Assembly: GCA_013334765.1 (NCBI GenBank) | Contig: JAAXWW010000003.1 | Location: 49,354 to 113,353 of the forward strand | Source of the DNA: Candidatus Moraniibacteriota bacterium | GTDB lineage: Bacteria; Patescibacteriota; Minisyncoccia; Moranbacterales; UBA2206 | DNA: 64,000 nucleotides | Direction: 5' to 3' | In this document: piece after piece, positions 1-9,491 of the stretch | Layout of the letters: each line of letters opens with the position of its first letter | Position numbering within the stretch: position 1 is the first letter of the stretch | Translations under genes and position numbers: made by a program | The notes under the pieces: generated by a model | Database searches by the model: none | What the model saw: the letters and a program-made list of their open reading frames with translations, nothing else | Told to the model about the DNA's origin: nothing

Positions 1-659
1 CGGTATTTCCCGCTCGTGAGACTCCCCAGCTTCACGTTCATTATCCTTGTCCTTTTGAGTGACACTACCTCATATCCAAGAGCTGTCACCATGCGCCTGA
101 TCTGCCTTTTTTTTCCTTCAGTAAGGGTTATGGTGAAAACATTCTCATCGATTTTCTTGACCCGGGACTTCTTGGTCTTGTATCCGTCTTCCAGGACGAT
201 CCCGTTCTCCATCGATCTCACAAAACCTGATCTGATATCCTTGTTGAGCCTGACTTCGTATTCCTTGTCGTGATCGAACTCGGGATTGAGCAGCTTGTCG
301 GTTATGCGTCCGTCGTTAGTGAGGATTATGAGTCCATGGGAATCCTTGTCGAGACGGCCGACCGGGAAAATCTTCTCTTGGAATTTCACGATATCCAGAA
401 TCTCCTTCTCATCACCCTGAGGCGAATGAGTGATCACGCCAACGGGTTTATTGAAAGCGACATATATCTTCCCTTCGCCGAGTCCTTCTGCCGTTTCCAC
501 TTTGTCGTTCTCTTCGACTTTGTCGCCAAGTTTGGCCCGTCGCCCGTTTATGAAAATCTTCCCACCTTCAATGAGCCTGTCAGCTTCTCTCCGGCTGACG
601 ATATTCTTATGCGCCAAATATTTGTTTATCCTCATCGGATATATCTCTTCTTTTTCCAT
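1..659 (-). CDS. pseudouridine synthase, RsuA/RluB family (partial; C-terminus lies outside the window)
   Basis: Not in the ORF track because it runs off the window edge. Minus-strand translation from the ATG at 659 gives MEKEEIYPMRINKYLAHKNIVSRREADRLIEGGKIF... (S4 RNA-binding domain), followed by PVGRLDKDSHGLIILTNDG and KKRQIRRM motifs typical of RsuA/RluB Psi synthases. The listed plus-strand ORFs at 16-683 are antisense to it. Confidence 0.75.
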   Translation of the reverse strand, partial: MEKEEIYPMRINKYLAHKNIVSRREADRLIEGGKIFINGRRAKLGDKVEENDKVETAEGLGEGKIYVAFNKPVGVITHSPQGDEKEILDIVKFQEKIFPVGRLDKDSHGLIILTNDGRITDKLLNPEFDHDKEYEVRLNKDIRSGFVRSMENGIVLEDGYKTKKSRVKKIDENVFTITLTEGKKRQIRRMVTALGYEVVSLKRTRIMNVKLGSLTSGKY

Positions 660-786
660 ATCGATATTGAAACGTCATTATGATGCTGCCTTGATAACTC
701 TATACTGTCAGGGGGTTTTTGGCAAATAAAAAGGCGGCGTGGAACAAGATTATCCACTTAGCACTTATACTGAAAAAATCAACAGC

Positions 787-2841
787 CTAGTCGCTTTCGA
801 CATCCGGAACAGATTCTTCATCCGATGTTCCAGAGTCGGAATCGTCGACGCTATTTTCATCTTCAATGGAGTCATCATTCGAAATAACCGGCTCATCCGG
901 TTGGGGAGCATCGGGAATCTTGTAGTTCTTGGATGATATTATCCTCAAGAAATTGTTCGGCCGGTTGTCGATTTCCATTTCCCAAACCGACCGCTGATTC
1001 TGAAACCCAGGGAAGCTGTCCGAAAATCCGAACCTGTCTGATCCCTTGGCGCTTATCACTGCATAGTCATATTTGCCCGCATTCCATCTTGAACGCATGC
1101 TCGGCCTCAGTTTGTCAGAATATCCGATGCATGGGCCTTTGTAGAACTGGCACACGCCGTCATAGTCGGCAAGAACCCTTGCGGTGCTGACATTCGGAAA
1201 ACTGTTCAGGAACTGGGCCGCTTCGTATCCTCCATAACCCCAGCCATCCACGATCGAATATTCCTTGGGCAGGAAGCGGCTGGTGTAGTTGAAATAGAAA
1301 GGCTGGATCCTCAGGAGATATGATGACCCGAGAGCTACGAGCATGACGAACACCAGCATCTTGGGAACGATCTTCAAGAATCCCCAATCGAAGAATTCCG
1401 CCAACGCTATCCCGGCAATCACCGAAGCGATGGGAAAAAGGACGATACTGTAGCGAACATGAATAAGGAGCCCTTGCTCCATGGTAGCTAGGAAGAATAT
1501 CGGAACGAAAACGGTCATGACGGCAACGATCCATTCGCTCTTCCATTTCTTGAAAATACTGACCAGCCAGAAAAGGACCAGTGTTAGGATGACCAGCGGG
1601 GTCTGCGAGAAAACGAACGGACGCGCCTCGAGAAGGAATTGCTTGTAGGCTGGCAAAGCTTTGAACGCTGATAATTTCCCGCCTTCGAACGGCATATCAA
1701 AAACGTGGAACAAATCCAATTTCATCATCCAATCAACACCGACCAGCACGACAACCCCAGCCATAAAGAAAAACAGCAGCTTCACGATCGTTATCCTCAG
1801 GTATTTGATGTATTTCGCGATAAAGATCATTATCCGGCTTTTAAAAAACAGCGCATCGAGGATAATGACAGCATCTATCAGCATGCAGATCTTGAAGATG
1901 CCGTACATGCCGTGGGATTTGTATGTCCCGCTCGTCAGATATTTGGTCTTGATGATAGCAGCCGGCATAAGAAGCGCGAAGACGCCTATGCCGCCCCAGA
2001 CTGTAGCGGGATAGATCAACGCGCGCCACAGCACCTTTTTCCAAACCTTTTCGCTTTTTTCCACCCATTCCGGAATGCGATACATGGCATGCGCGAAAAG
2101 CGCCAGGATGAGGAATGGGAAAAAGATGACCCCGACATACTTGCTGGCCAGCGTGAAACCCATAAGAAGGATACTGAGAATCGCGACGATGACTCCCCCT
2201 GTTTCCAGGAAAGCCAGGAATGTCAGAAGGAGCGCCAAGGAAAATGTCCAGAACAGAGAATCAGGATTGATTATCTGAGATATGCCCAAGAGTATCGGAT
2301 TGAGAAGGATCAGAGTGGAAGAAAAAAGAGCCGCCCACTCGTTCTTGGTGAGGCGCCTGATTATCCAGAAGAAATAGAGCGCCATGATGCCGTTGAACAC
2401 GACGATCGGGATGCGATAGTTGAAATGAGCCTCTTCTATTCGCTCTGTGGGAAAATATTGAAATTTCCTGTTCCTTTCTTCGACTTCAGGCGGAGCCTCT
2501 TTTTCCCAATATCTGGCAAGCCCGGAGATTATGGCAAGCGTGACGCCCGGCTTGTCGTTGATGCGGGTGTTTTTCCAGTTGCGCTCGTCTATGGCTTTCC
2601 AATATTTCTGGATACGCCCCTGGGAATACCAAAGCGACTCGTCAGCCGTTTCGAACTTGGTCAGATGGATGAGCGCGAAGTTAAGATAGAGAAGCATCGG
2701 GGCGGCAAGAAGAACCCAAACGAATTTCATCCAGACGGATTTTTTCGGAACTTCCTCGATGGCTGATTGTTTTTCTGATGAGACAGCGGCATCGGAAACC
2801 GGTTCTTCTTTTTTGGACTTCTTGTTCCTCCTAAAAAGCAT
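787..2841 (-). CDS. polytopic membrane glycosyltransferase, GT-C superfamily (ArnT/PMT-like)
   Basis: 684 aa. Lys-rich cytoplasmic N-terminus, at least 10 hydrophobic helices, and a DESLWYSQGRIQKYW motif after the first helix pair resembling the DE loop of GT-C enzymes. C-terminal Ser/Asp/Glu-rich acidic tail. Confidence 0.5.
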   Translation of the reverse strand: MLFRRNKKSKKEEPVSDAAVSSEKQSAIEEVPKKSVWMKFVWVLLAAPMLLYLNFALIHLTKFETADESLWYSQGRIQKYWKAIDERNWKNTRINDKPGVTLAIISGLARYWEKEAPPEVEERNRKFQYFPTERIEEAHFNYRIPIVVFNGIMALYFFWIIRRLTKNEWAALFSSTLILLNPILLGISQIINPDSLFWTFSLALLLTFLAFLETGGVIVAILSILLMGFTLASKYVGVIFFPFLILALFAHAMYRIPEWVEKSEKVWKKVLWRALIYPATVWGGIGVFALLMPAAIIKTKYLTSGTYKSHGMYGIFKICMLIDAVIILDALFFKSRIMIFIAKYIKYLRITIVKLLFFFMAGVVVLVGVDWMMKLDLFHVFDMPFEGGKLSAFKALPAYKQFLLEARPFVFSQTPLVILTLVLFWLVSIFKKWKSEWIVAVMTVFVPIFFLATMEQGLLIHVRYSIVLFPIASVIAGIALAEFFDWGFLKIVPKMLVFVMLVALGSSYLLRIQPFYFNYTSRFLPKEYSIVDGWGYGGYEAAQFLNSFPNVSTARVLADYDGVCQFYKGPCIGYSDKLRPSMRSRWNAGKYDYAVISAKGSDRFGFSDSFPGFQNQRSVWEMEIDNRPNNFLRIISSKNYKIPDAPQPDEPVISNDDSIEDENSVDDSDSGTSDEESVPDVESD

Positions 2842-3022
2842 GATTAATAAGAAAATAAACTTCCACTTAATTGTGCCATGTCTTGGAAATTAAATCAACA
2901 TCGAATCATATCCTGAAGATTCTAGGAAAGGAAAACCGATTCGGAATATCAAAAACCGCAAAGCTATCGCTTTGCGGTCCTGAATAATCCCATATTTTAA
3001 AACCTCTAGGCGCACCGAAAAA

Positions 3023-4195
3023 CTATTCCTCTCCCATAAGAGCCTGCCGGTATATTTCGATGATGTCTTCAAGGGTCGCAGATCTCGGATTGGTGAAGGA
3101 GCAGGCATCTTTCATGGCATTGGTCGCCATGGTCTTGAGATCCTTCTCTTTGACGCCCAGCAGTTTCAGATTAGCTGGGATATCGATATCCGCGGAAAGT
3201 TTCCTGATGGCTTCGATAGCCCTGTCAGCCGCTTCGTGGACGGATATGCAATCATCAGTCGCCTCTCCCAAAGCGACAGCGATGTCCGCGAAGCGCTCGG
3301 TCTTGGAAAGGATATTGAACTTGGAAACATAGGGCAGAAGGATCGCGTTGCAAACTCCGTGCGGAAGATCATACATTCCGCCGAGCTGATGCGCCATGGC
3401 GTGGACATACCCGAGCGACGCGTTATTGAAAGCCATGCCGGCCAAGAATTCCGCATAAGCCATCTGATCGCGCGCTTCCATGTCGCTGCCGTTGGCGACT
3501 GCCGGACGAAGCCACACCGAGATGAGTTCGATGGCTTTCAGGGCGGCGCTGTCAGTGAGTGGTGTCGCAATCGTCGATACATAGGCTTCAACGGCATGCG
3601 TGAGAGCATCCATTCCGGTTGCCGCCGTGAGGCCTTTCGGCATCGCGACCATCAGTTCCGGATCATTGAAGGAAACAGTCGGAGTCGTCCGCCAGTCCAC
3701 GATCGCCATTTTGACTTTGCGTTTGGTGTCGGTGATGATGCAGAAGCGGGTCATCTCGCTGGCCGTTCCGGCTGTGGTGTTGACCGCGAAAAGCGGCGTC
3801 GGCGAATTGGTCGATTTGTCCACGCCTTCATAGTCGTTTATTTTTCCGCCATTGTCCGCAACCAGTTTGATTCCTTTGGCGCAGTCATGCGGGCTTCCTC
3901 CGCCGACAGAGATGATCATGTCGCATCTGTTGTCCCTGTATGCTTCCAGTCCGAGATGGACGATCTTGTCAGTCGGATTAGGGCAGACCTTGTCCCAGAT
4001 GACGGCGTGGAATCCGGCTTCTTCGATATATTTCTTTATGGTGTCGGGAATGCCTGATTGCATGAGTCCCTTGTCGGTCACGATGAAGGCTTTCTTCTTG
4101 CCGGTGATCGCCATCTGCTCACCGATCTTCTTGGCACTGCCGGAACCCATGAGGTTCACCATCGGCATGAAATACCCAAATACCTGATCTTTCAT
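3023..4195 (-). CDS. iron-containing (group III) alcohol dehydrogenase
   Basis: 390 aa. GGGSPHDCAKGI nucleotide-binding motif and His-rich metal site (HAMAHQLGG...LPHGVCNA) typical of Fe-ADH enzymes such as FucO and DhaT. Confidence 0.85.
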   Translation of the reverse strand: MKDQVFGYFMPMVNLMGSGSAKKIGEQMAITGKKKAFIVTDKGLMQSGIPDTIKKYIEEAGFHAVIWDKVCPNPTDKIVHLGLEAYRDNRCDMIISVGGGSPHDCAKGIKLVADNGGKINDYEGVDKSTNSPTPLFAVNTTAGTASEMTRFCIITDTKRKVKMAIVDWRTTPTVSFNDPELMVAMPKGLTAATGMDALTHAVEAYVSTIATPLTDSAALKAIELISVWLRPAVANGSDMEARDQMAYAEFLAGMAFNNASLGYVHAMAHQLGGMYDLPHGVCNAILLPYVSKFNILSKTERFADIAVALGEATDDCISVHEAADRAIEAIRKLSADIDIPANLKLLGVKEKDLKTMATNAMKDACSFTNPRSATLEDIIEIYRQALMGEE

Positions 4196-4246
4196 ATTGC
4201 TGTTTTTGTTTTTAGATTATTATTTCTTATGATACATCATTTCTCA

Positions 4247-4945
4247 TCATTCAGGAAGAACCGGATTCGGAACGCCCGGCATTGATCCGTTCGGCATGTT
4301 CGGAATATTCTTAGCATCCCCGATTCCTTTCATGAAGCTCGCGGCATCCATGAATTTGACATCCGTCGGAACGGCGAACGCGCTGTCCGTTGCTTCCCAA
4401 GGATCGCAATCGTATTCATAGTTTTTCTGCCAATCAGCTTGCGGTCCACCAGCTGCGGGAGCGTTCCCCTGCATCCCTGCTGATCCGTCAGGCTGGACAT
4501 CTTTTCCGGCCTGTTCAGCATCCGCCGCCTTCATCTTCACTCCGGCGCCTTTCGCCATGTCACCCCAGGAATATATCCACGTTCCGTCATTCAGGGTATA
4601 GAAATTGGCTGTTCCGGTGCCGGCTTGATCCGGCGCCTGCACGATCATCTTGAATTTCGATCCGGATACGTCAACTGTGCCGGATATGCTGTTCCCTTTC
4701 TCGTCTTTCGTCGACCAAGCGCACTCCAAGCTCTTCCCTTCAGACATCAGGTCCTTGAGCGACAGGCTTTCCGACGGCTGATCGCTGTTCTGATCGGCCG
4801 CATCGGCTTTCTGCTCGACAGCCTTGTCTTTGGCATCCGCAGCCTGATCCTCTTTGTTCACTGCCGCTTTCTGTCCGCATCCGGAAAGAAAGACCGCCAC
4901 GCCCATCACCGCGCCAAGAAGCGCGAGTTTTTTCGTCATTCTCAT
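4247..4945 (-). CDS. secreted lipoprotein, function unknown
   Basis: Signal peptide with lipobox (AVFLSGCGQ). Ala/Asp/Lys-rich linker followed by a beta-rich domain. Confidence 0.55.
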   Translation of the reverse strand: MRMTKKLALLGAVMGVAVFLSGCGQKAAVNKEDQAADAKDKAVEQKADAADQNSDQPSESLSLKDLMSEGKSLECAWSTKDEKGNSISGTVDVSGSKFKMIVQAPDQAGTGTANFYTLNDGTWIYSWGDMAKGAGVKMKAADAEQAGKDVQPDGSAGMQGNAPAAGGPQADWQKNYEYDCDPWEATDSAFAVPTDVKFMDAASFMKGIGDAKNIPNMPNGSMPGVPNPVLPE

Positions 4946-5014
4946 TTTATTATTCGATTAAAAAATTAGTCCTGATTTGAATCCAAATTGATAGCGATAG
5001 CCGAATCGAAATCA

Positions 5015-5614
5015 TCAGAAAGCGGCTTTTCGCACTTTGACGAGCAGCTTCTCGCGAGCGGCGTCATCGCGTTTGAACATCGAGCCGAAGACCGTGAATG
5101 ATTTCAGTTTGATGCCGCACAGGCCGAAACGGGTCAGCCACCAGATATGCTTCACGGGGTTGAGAAGCAGCCATTGATAGAACCATGACCCGTCCGAAGT
5201 GAAAAACACCCTGCCGGTTTTTCCCTTGAAAAGCCCGACCGGTTTTCCGTCGATATACCGATAGGCGAAGCGGGCAGTAAAATTTTTGTCCCAGAAATTC
5301 TTCATGATTGCCGGCTCGCCATACCACCAGAGAGGAAAAACGAAAACCAGCTCGTTGGCCCAAGTGATCTTTTCCTGCATCCGGACAACGCTCGGATCCT
5401 CCGGCATTTCTTTGATGTTTTCGAAATCAAGAAACTCCTGCCTGTTTTCCGGCTTGTATAGATCGAGGATTTCGACCGAATCGCCTTTTGATTCGGAGAC
5501 TTCCTTGAATGTTGCAGCAATCTTGTGCGTGAATCCCCTGCTCGACGGATGCGCCGTTATGATGAGTATGTTTTTCATATATATATTATTCCTCAATCCT
5601 GACTGCGGTGCCAT
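5015..5614 (-). CDS. flavodoxin-like NAD(P)H:quinone oxidoreductase (Flavodoxin_2/MdaB/KefG-like)
   Basis: N-terminal MKNILIITAHPSSRGFTHKIA flavodoxin-fold FMN-binding start. Size 199 aa. Confidence 0.7.
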   Translation of the reverse strand: MAPQSGLRNNIYMKNILIITAHPSSRGFTHKIAATFKEVSESKGDSVEILDLYKPENRQEFLDFENIKEMPEDPSVVRMQEKITWANELVFVFPLWWYGEPAIMKNFWDKNFTARFAYRYIDGKPVGLFKGKTGRVFFTSDGSWFYQWLLLNPVKHIWWLTRFGLCGIKLKSFTVFGSMFKRDDAAREKLLVKVRKAAF

Positions 5615-5663
5615 AGCACAGCACTTCCGTGACGCCGTTCTTGCTATCCATATGTTTTTTATT

Positions 5664-5870
5664 TTAATCTATTTTTTTCAATACGTATTTTTTGTAGCAA
5701 GCATAGCAATGGGTGCGATCGGCCGAAATGAGAGCACCGCACATCTTGCATTTCGATTTTCCGTATTTATGGAACTTCTCTTCCTTGTGCTTCTCAAAAC
5801 ACGGATAGCACATCGATGTTGCTGTAAACTTGCCATCCAGGATTTTTCCGCACTTGCTGCATCTTTGCAT
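5664..5870 (-). CDS. small zinc-ribbon protein (two CxxC pairs)
   Basis: 68 aa with CSKCGK...CYPC...CKMCG...CYAC. Confidence 0.5.
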   Translation of the reverse strand: MQRCSKCGKILDGKFTATSMCYPCFEKHKEEKFHKYGKSKCKMCGALISADRTHCYACYKKYVLKKID

Positions 5871-5893
5871 GATTATTTGGAATTAAATAATTA

Positions 5894-6061
5894 GCTAGCG
5901 ACCGGAAATGGAAGCGACTGCCATGCCGATATAATATGGCCAGAGAACGACGGCCAGGATAGCCTTGCCAAGAGGCAGCCCCAAGAAACCGATGGTGAAC
6001 AGCCATCCGGCGAACCATAAGAACGCCGTGAATCCATGCTGCTCGACTTTTATTTTTTCCA
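5894..6061 (-). CDS. small hydrophobic membrane protein (55 aa)
   Basis: Own translation: MEKIKVEQHGFTAFLWFAGWLFTIGFLGLPLGKAILAVVLWPYYIGMAVASISGR. Below the size cut-off of the ORF track. Fills an otherwise empty gap. Confidence 0.35.
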
Positions 6062-6158
6062 TAGCTATGAAGTGAATGATTAGCTGATACCATTATACCA
6101 TTAAAAAAAGGCCGTCGGGTTTCCAACGGCCTTTGAGCCAAATTATCGGCATTTTTTA

Positions 6159-6494
6159 TCATGCCTCCTCAACCTGATACTGGATGCTCTCTCCGTTAAT
6201 TATCAGCTTAAACAGTTCCTCTGCAAACTCATGTGCCCCCACTTCTATGAGGGCAGTGTCATGAAGAAGCCAATAAAGCCTTTTTTTGTTAAGCTCTCCT
6301 ATCGCCATTAAACGGCTGACTTCAGAAGCGACCTGCAGGACGTTGTACATGAAAGTATGAAAAGCTTCAAATCCCTGGTTCTGTAAAGCGAGAAAGATTT
6401 TCATAGCAAGTTCATCACCGATTATCTTACGCATTTCCGGGTGATCGCTCGCCATAGGATCAAAAGACAGCGTTACCAGTCCCAATATTGCCAT
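6159..6494 (-). CDS. hypothetical protein
   Basis: 111-aa ORF in the operon orientation. No recognisable motif. Confidence 0.4.
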   Translation of the reverse strand: MAILGLVTLSFDPMASDHPEMRKIIGDELAMKIFLALQNQGFEAFHTFMYNVLQVASEVSRLMAIGELNKKRLYWLLHDTALIEVGAHEFAEELFKLIINGESIQYQVEEA

Positions 6495-6546
6495 GTCGTC
6501 CCCCTTTTATATTAAGAACTACGGATAGGAAATATTATGCCCAATC

Positions 6547-7122
6547 TCAGCGCTTGTCAAATATCTCGTGCAGCAATTCCTGCCGGCCGATTCCTTTTTC
6601 AGATGAATAAGGAATGATCAGATGTTCCCCGATCTTTTCCTGAATAATCCCGAGCTGCTTTTTGTATTCGGACTTTTTCACCTTATCGACTTTGTTAGCA
6701 ACCACCAAAACATTCTTCCCGTGCTCCTCAAGCATGCGAAGCATATCGAGATCCTGATCTTTCGGGCCTACTTTGGCATCGATAATGAGAATGATCACCT
6801 TGGGGACATAGGGCGAATCGAAAAGATAGCCGAAAATGATTTTCTCCAGCTCGACGCGAACCGCCAGGGAATCCTTGGCATACCCGTATCCCGGAAGATC
6901 AAGAAAAAAATACGAGTCGTTTATCAAAAACAAGTTTATCTCCTTAGTCCGTCCGGGATGGGCGCTGGCTCTTGCCAGGCCTTTCTGTTTGGTGAGCGAG
7001 TTGATGAGCGTCGATTTCCCGACATTCGAACGACCGATGAAAGCCACCTGCGGAAATTCGCGCTCCAGCGCGTCGTCCGTCCCAATAATCCCCTTCACGA
7101 ATCTGGCTGAAGTTATGTTCAT
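6547..7122 (-). CDS. engB: ribosome biogenesis GTPase EngB/YsxC
   Basis: GRSNVGKSTLINSL G1 motif, DLPGYGY G3 motif, NKVDK G4 motif. 191 aa. Confidence 0.85.
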   Translation of the reverse strand: MNITSARFVKGIIGTDDALEREFPQVAFIGRSNVGKSTLINSLTKQKGLARASAHPGRTKEINLFLINDSYFFLDLPGYGYAKDSLAVRVELEKIIFGYLFDSPYVPKVIILIIDAKVGPKDQDLDMLRMLEEHGKNVLVVANKVDKVKKSEYKKQLGIIQEKIGEHLIIPYSSEKGIGRQELLHEIFDKR

Positions 7123-7140
7123 AAATATTCTGCCTCTGCA

Positions 7141-7395
7141 TTAACCGATTATAGCATTCCCTATCATATCCAGCTTTTTGCATCTCGGCAACTTCTTGAC
7201 GCGGCATTCCTCTTTCAGGACCTCAGATCTATTGGCAAATTCCTTGGAAAAAACCAATCTGACCGGCCGGCGGCTGGCCGTATATTTCGCCCCCTTTTGC
7301 GAATTGTTATGCTCCTCGACTCTCCGACTGACATCGACAGCGATTCCGGTATACAGCGTCTTGTCAGAACATTCGAGGATATATAGGTGATACAT
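7141..7395 (-). CDS. GIY-YIG nuclease-domain protein (UPF0213-like)
   Basis: YHLYILECSDKTLYTGIAVDVSRRVEEHN is a GIY-YIG core. Start moved to the internal Met (MYHLYIL) because the longer listed ORF overlaps the upstream gene by 44 nt. Confidence 0.7.
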   Translation of the reverse strand: MYHLYILECSDKTLYTGIAVDVSRRVEEHNNSQKGAKYTASRRPVRLVFSKEFANRSEVLKEECRVKKLPRCKKLDMIGNAIIG

Positions 7396-7396
7396 A

Positions 7397-7693
7397 TTAT
7401 TGCCCCAGATATTGATAGGCCAAAAAAAGCGTTGCAGCATTTTCGATCATGAGCAAGGGAATGCCGACAATGAAATGCCATTTCCTGGTCTTGTGACGGA
7501 AGGCGAACATCCCGGCATAGACCCCGACGCTCCCGAACGCCGCCGCCATGAAAAACAGCATCCCCTCCGAAATCCGCTCCGCCCCCTGTTTTCTTGATTT
7601 GCCCTTGTCCAGAAGCATGATGAAAAAAGCAGTCAGATTGACCAAAAGGAAGAAGGCGATGATAAAAGAAATATTGTTCATGAATAATTTCAA
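7397..7693 (-). CDS. DUF1294-family membrane protein
   Basis: 98 aa, two TM helices flanking LDKGKSRKQGAERISEGMLFFMAAAFGSVGVYAGMFAFRHKTRKWHF, which is characteristic of DUF1294. Confidence 0.6.
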   Translation of the reverse strand: MKLFMNNISFIIAFFLLVNLTAFFIMLLDKGKSRKQGAERISEGMLFFMAAAFGSVGVYAGMFAFRHKTRKWHFIVGIPLLMIENAATLFLAYQYLGQ

Positions 7694-7702
7694 GAACCGA
7701 TA

Positions 7703-8098
7703 TTAATAATTAAGAACAGTGATGGTCAGCTGCAGGACTGTCGCGAAAGCTACCCAGAGAAGATATGGAATATTGATGAGCGCCACCCACTTCATGCGCG
7801 GATAGATGACGGCTATCGCCCAGACCAGGGTCCCGAGCACCAGCAGGATGTCGGCAACAGCCAGAAGGTTGCTCTGAAGCCCGAACTGGATCGGAGTGAA
7901 GGCGAAATTGAAAACAAGGTTGAGCGCGAAAGGAAGCGCAACGCTCCACGGAATCCTCTTCCTGAAAGCACCAAGAAAGACCGTCCAGAATGAAACGGCA
8001 ATTAGGACATATAGGACGCTCCAAACCGGACCGAAAACCCAGCTCGGCGGCGCCCAAGAAGGCTTAATGAGAGTCTGATACCATTCGTATGTTTGCAT
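7703..8098 (-). CDS. tspO: TspO/MBR tryptophan-rich sensory protein
   Basis: YQTLIKPSWAPPSWVFGPVWSVLY and repeated Trp/Pro-containing TM helices. Start set at the internal Met (MQTYEWYQ) to avoid overlap with the NUDIX gene. Confidence 0.75.
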   Translation of the reverse strand: MQTYEWYQTLIKPSWAPPSWVFGPVWSVLYVLIAVSFWTVFLGAFRKRIPWSVALPFALNLVFNFAFTPIQFGLQSNLLAVADILLVLGTLVWAIAVIYPRMKWVALINIPYLLWVAFATVLQLTITVLNY

Positions 8099-8136
8099 AT
8101 CGTTTGTAGTTATGGGATGGATATTTAAATACTTAC

Positions 8137-8568
8137 CTATTCCGGAATTTCTTCGCTTCCCCAAAAGGCCTTTCCGTCTGACATCCATTCAATAATAGCA
8201 TCTTTCAGGGCAATCGGAAGCGCTTGTTTTTCTTTCAATGATTCAATGTCGACCCATTCGAACCCGATATGATCCTCCCGTTCTGAAATTTCCTGACTGC
8301 CAATACCGACCTTGAAAACGACATCGATTTCATGATACTTCTCATTATCCCTTTCGAAACGATTTTCAATAAGACCGATGAAAGAGATATCCTCGGGAAC
8401 GATATTCATCTCTTCATTCAATTCCCGTGCCAAAGCATCTTCGGTCTTCTCACCGAATTCGACATGACCGCCAGGAAAGAAATACCAATCCTTATCGACC
8501 GGCTTGCAAAGAAGCATCCTTCCATTTTTTATGATTACCGCTCGCGCGGCTAGTTCGAAATCGCTCAT
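8137..8568 (-). CDS. NUDIX hydrolase
   Basis: Nudix box GGHVEFGEKTEDALARELNEEMNI. Confidence 0.85.
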   Translation of the reverse strand: MSDFELAARAVIIKNGRMLLCKPVDKDWYFFPGGHVEFGEKTEDALARELNEEMNIVPEDISFIGLIENRFERDNEKYHEIDVVFKVGIGSQEISEREDHIGFEWVDIESLKEKQALPIALKDAIIEWMSDGKAFWGSEEIPE

Positions 8569-8590
8569 TATGAAGATACGCCTAGAGTGG

Positions 8591-9187
8591 TTATCTGCAA
8601 GCTATGATATCGAACGTCTTGATTGCTGAGCTGTATGGAACGTATTTGGATTCGCTGCTCCCGCTTGAAATGGCGATATTCTTGAAGCCATGGTCATGAA
8701 GCGATTTTTCAATCACTTCGATCGGATAGGCATACTTGCTCACCTCGATATCATCCCGATCGAATATCCCTCCCTCTACAGTATAGCTGGAAACGAAAAT
8801 CCCGTCGTCTTCAAGCGACTGCCACGCAGAAGCGAACAGATTCTCCAGCTCGTCTTTGCTGATATATTGGAAAAGCCTTGCTGCAATTATAAGGCCGTAT
8901 TTTTCACCGCTGAACGCGTCTTCGACATGGCATTTCCTGAAATTGATCCTTTCCATGATTTCTTGAGGGACATCCGACAGGAAATCCAGATCCGCCACAT
9001 CAACAGCGTCCACATGGAAACCTCTTCCTGCCAGATAAACGGCATTCCTTCCTGCGCCGCATCCCAAATCAAGGACTCGCGATCCATCTTTCAAGTGGTC
9101 AACAACCATCCCAACAACCCGACTGGGCTTGTCAGTTTTTATTGAAAATTTGTTTTCTTTATATGCTTTTTCCCATTTGTGCATCAT
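8591..9187 (-). CDS. class I SAM-dependent methyltransferase (TehB-like)
   Basis: VLDLGCGAGRNAVYLAGRGFHVDAVDV motif I and post-I. 198 aa. Confidence 0.75.
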   Translation of the reverse strand: MMHKWEKAYKENKFSIKTDKPSRVVGMVVDHLKDGSRVLDLGCGAGRNAVYLAGRGFHVDAVDVADLDFLSDVPQEIMERINFRKCHVEDAFSGEKYGLIIAARLFQYISKDELENLFASAWQSLEDDGIFVSSYTVEGGIFDRDDIEVSKYAYPIEVIEKSLHDHGFKNIAISSGSSESKYVPYSSAIKTFDIIACR

Positions 9188-9491
9188 ACGGCTTGGAGCT
9201 GGTATGCATAAATCAACCTTAGTCCCAGAAGGAGACGATTCACCGGAATCCTCCAGGAACGGCGATCAGTCATTGAGCAAATCGGTGCGGTCGTTGGCGG
9301 TCTTGCCAAAGAGGGCATGGCCGTCGCGAAGATAGATTTTGATTTTGTATCTCTTGTTCGATCAGGTGGTACAAAAAATATTCACTGCTTCCAACTGTAC
9401 GTTTCAGCGACCCTAATTTCACATTTTTTCCTGGTATACCATAAAAAATCTGTCCGTAAGCTTTCCTGTTAGACTCACCAAGAGGAGCCTT

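Noticed and set aside
1705-2766. 353-aa plus-strand ORF
   Set aside because: Antisense to the GT-C membrane glycosyltransferase. Highly charged low-complexity translation.
3236-4057. 273-aa plus-strand ORF and several smaller ones at 3060-4285
   Set aside because: Antisense to the Fe-alcohol dehydrogenase gene. No motifs.
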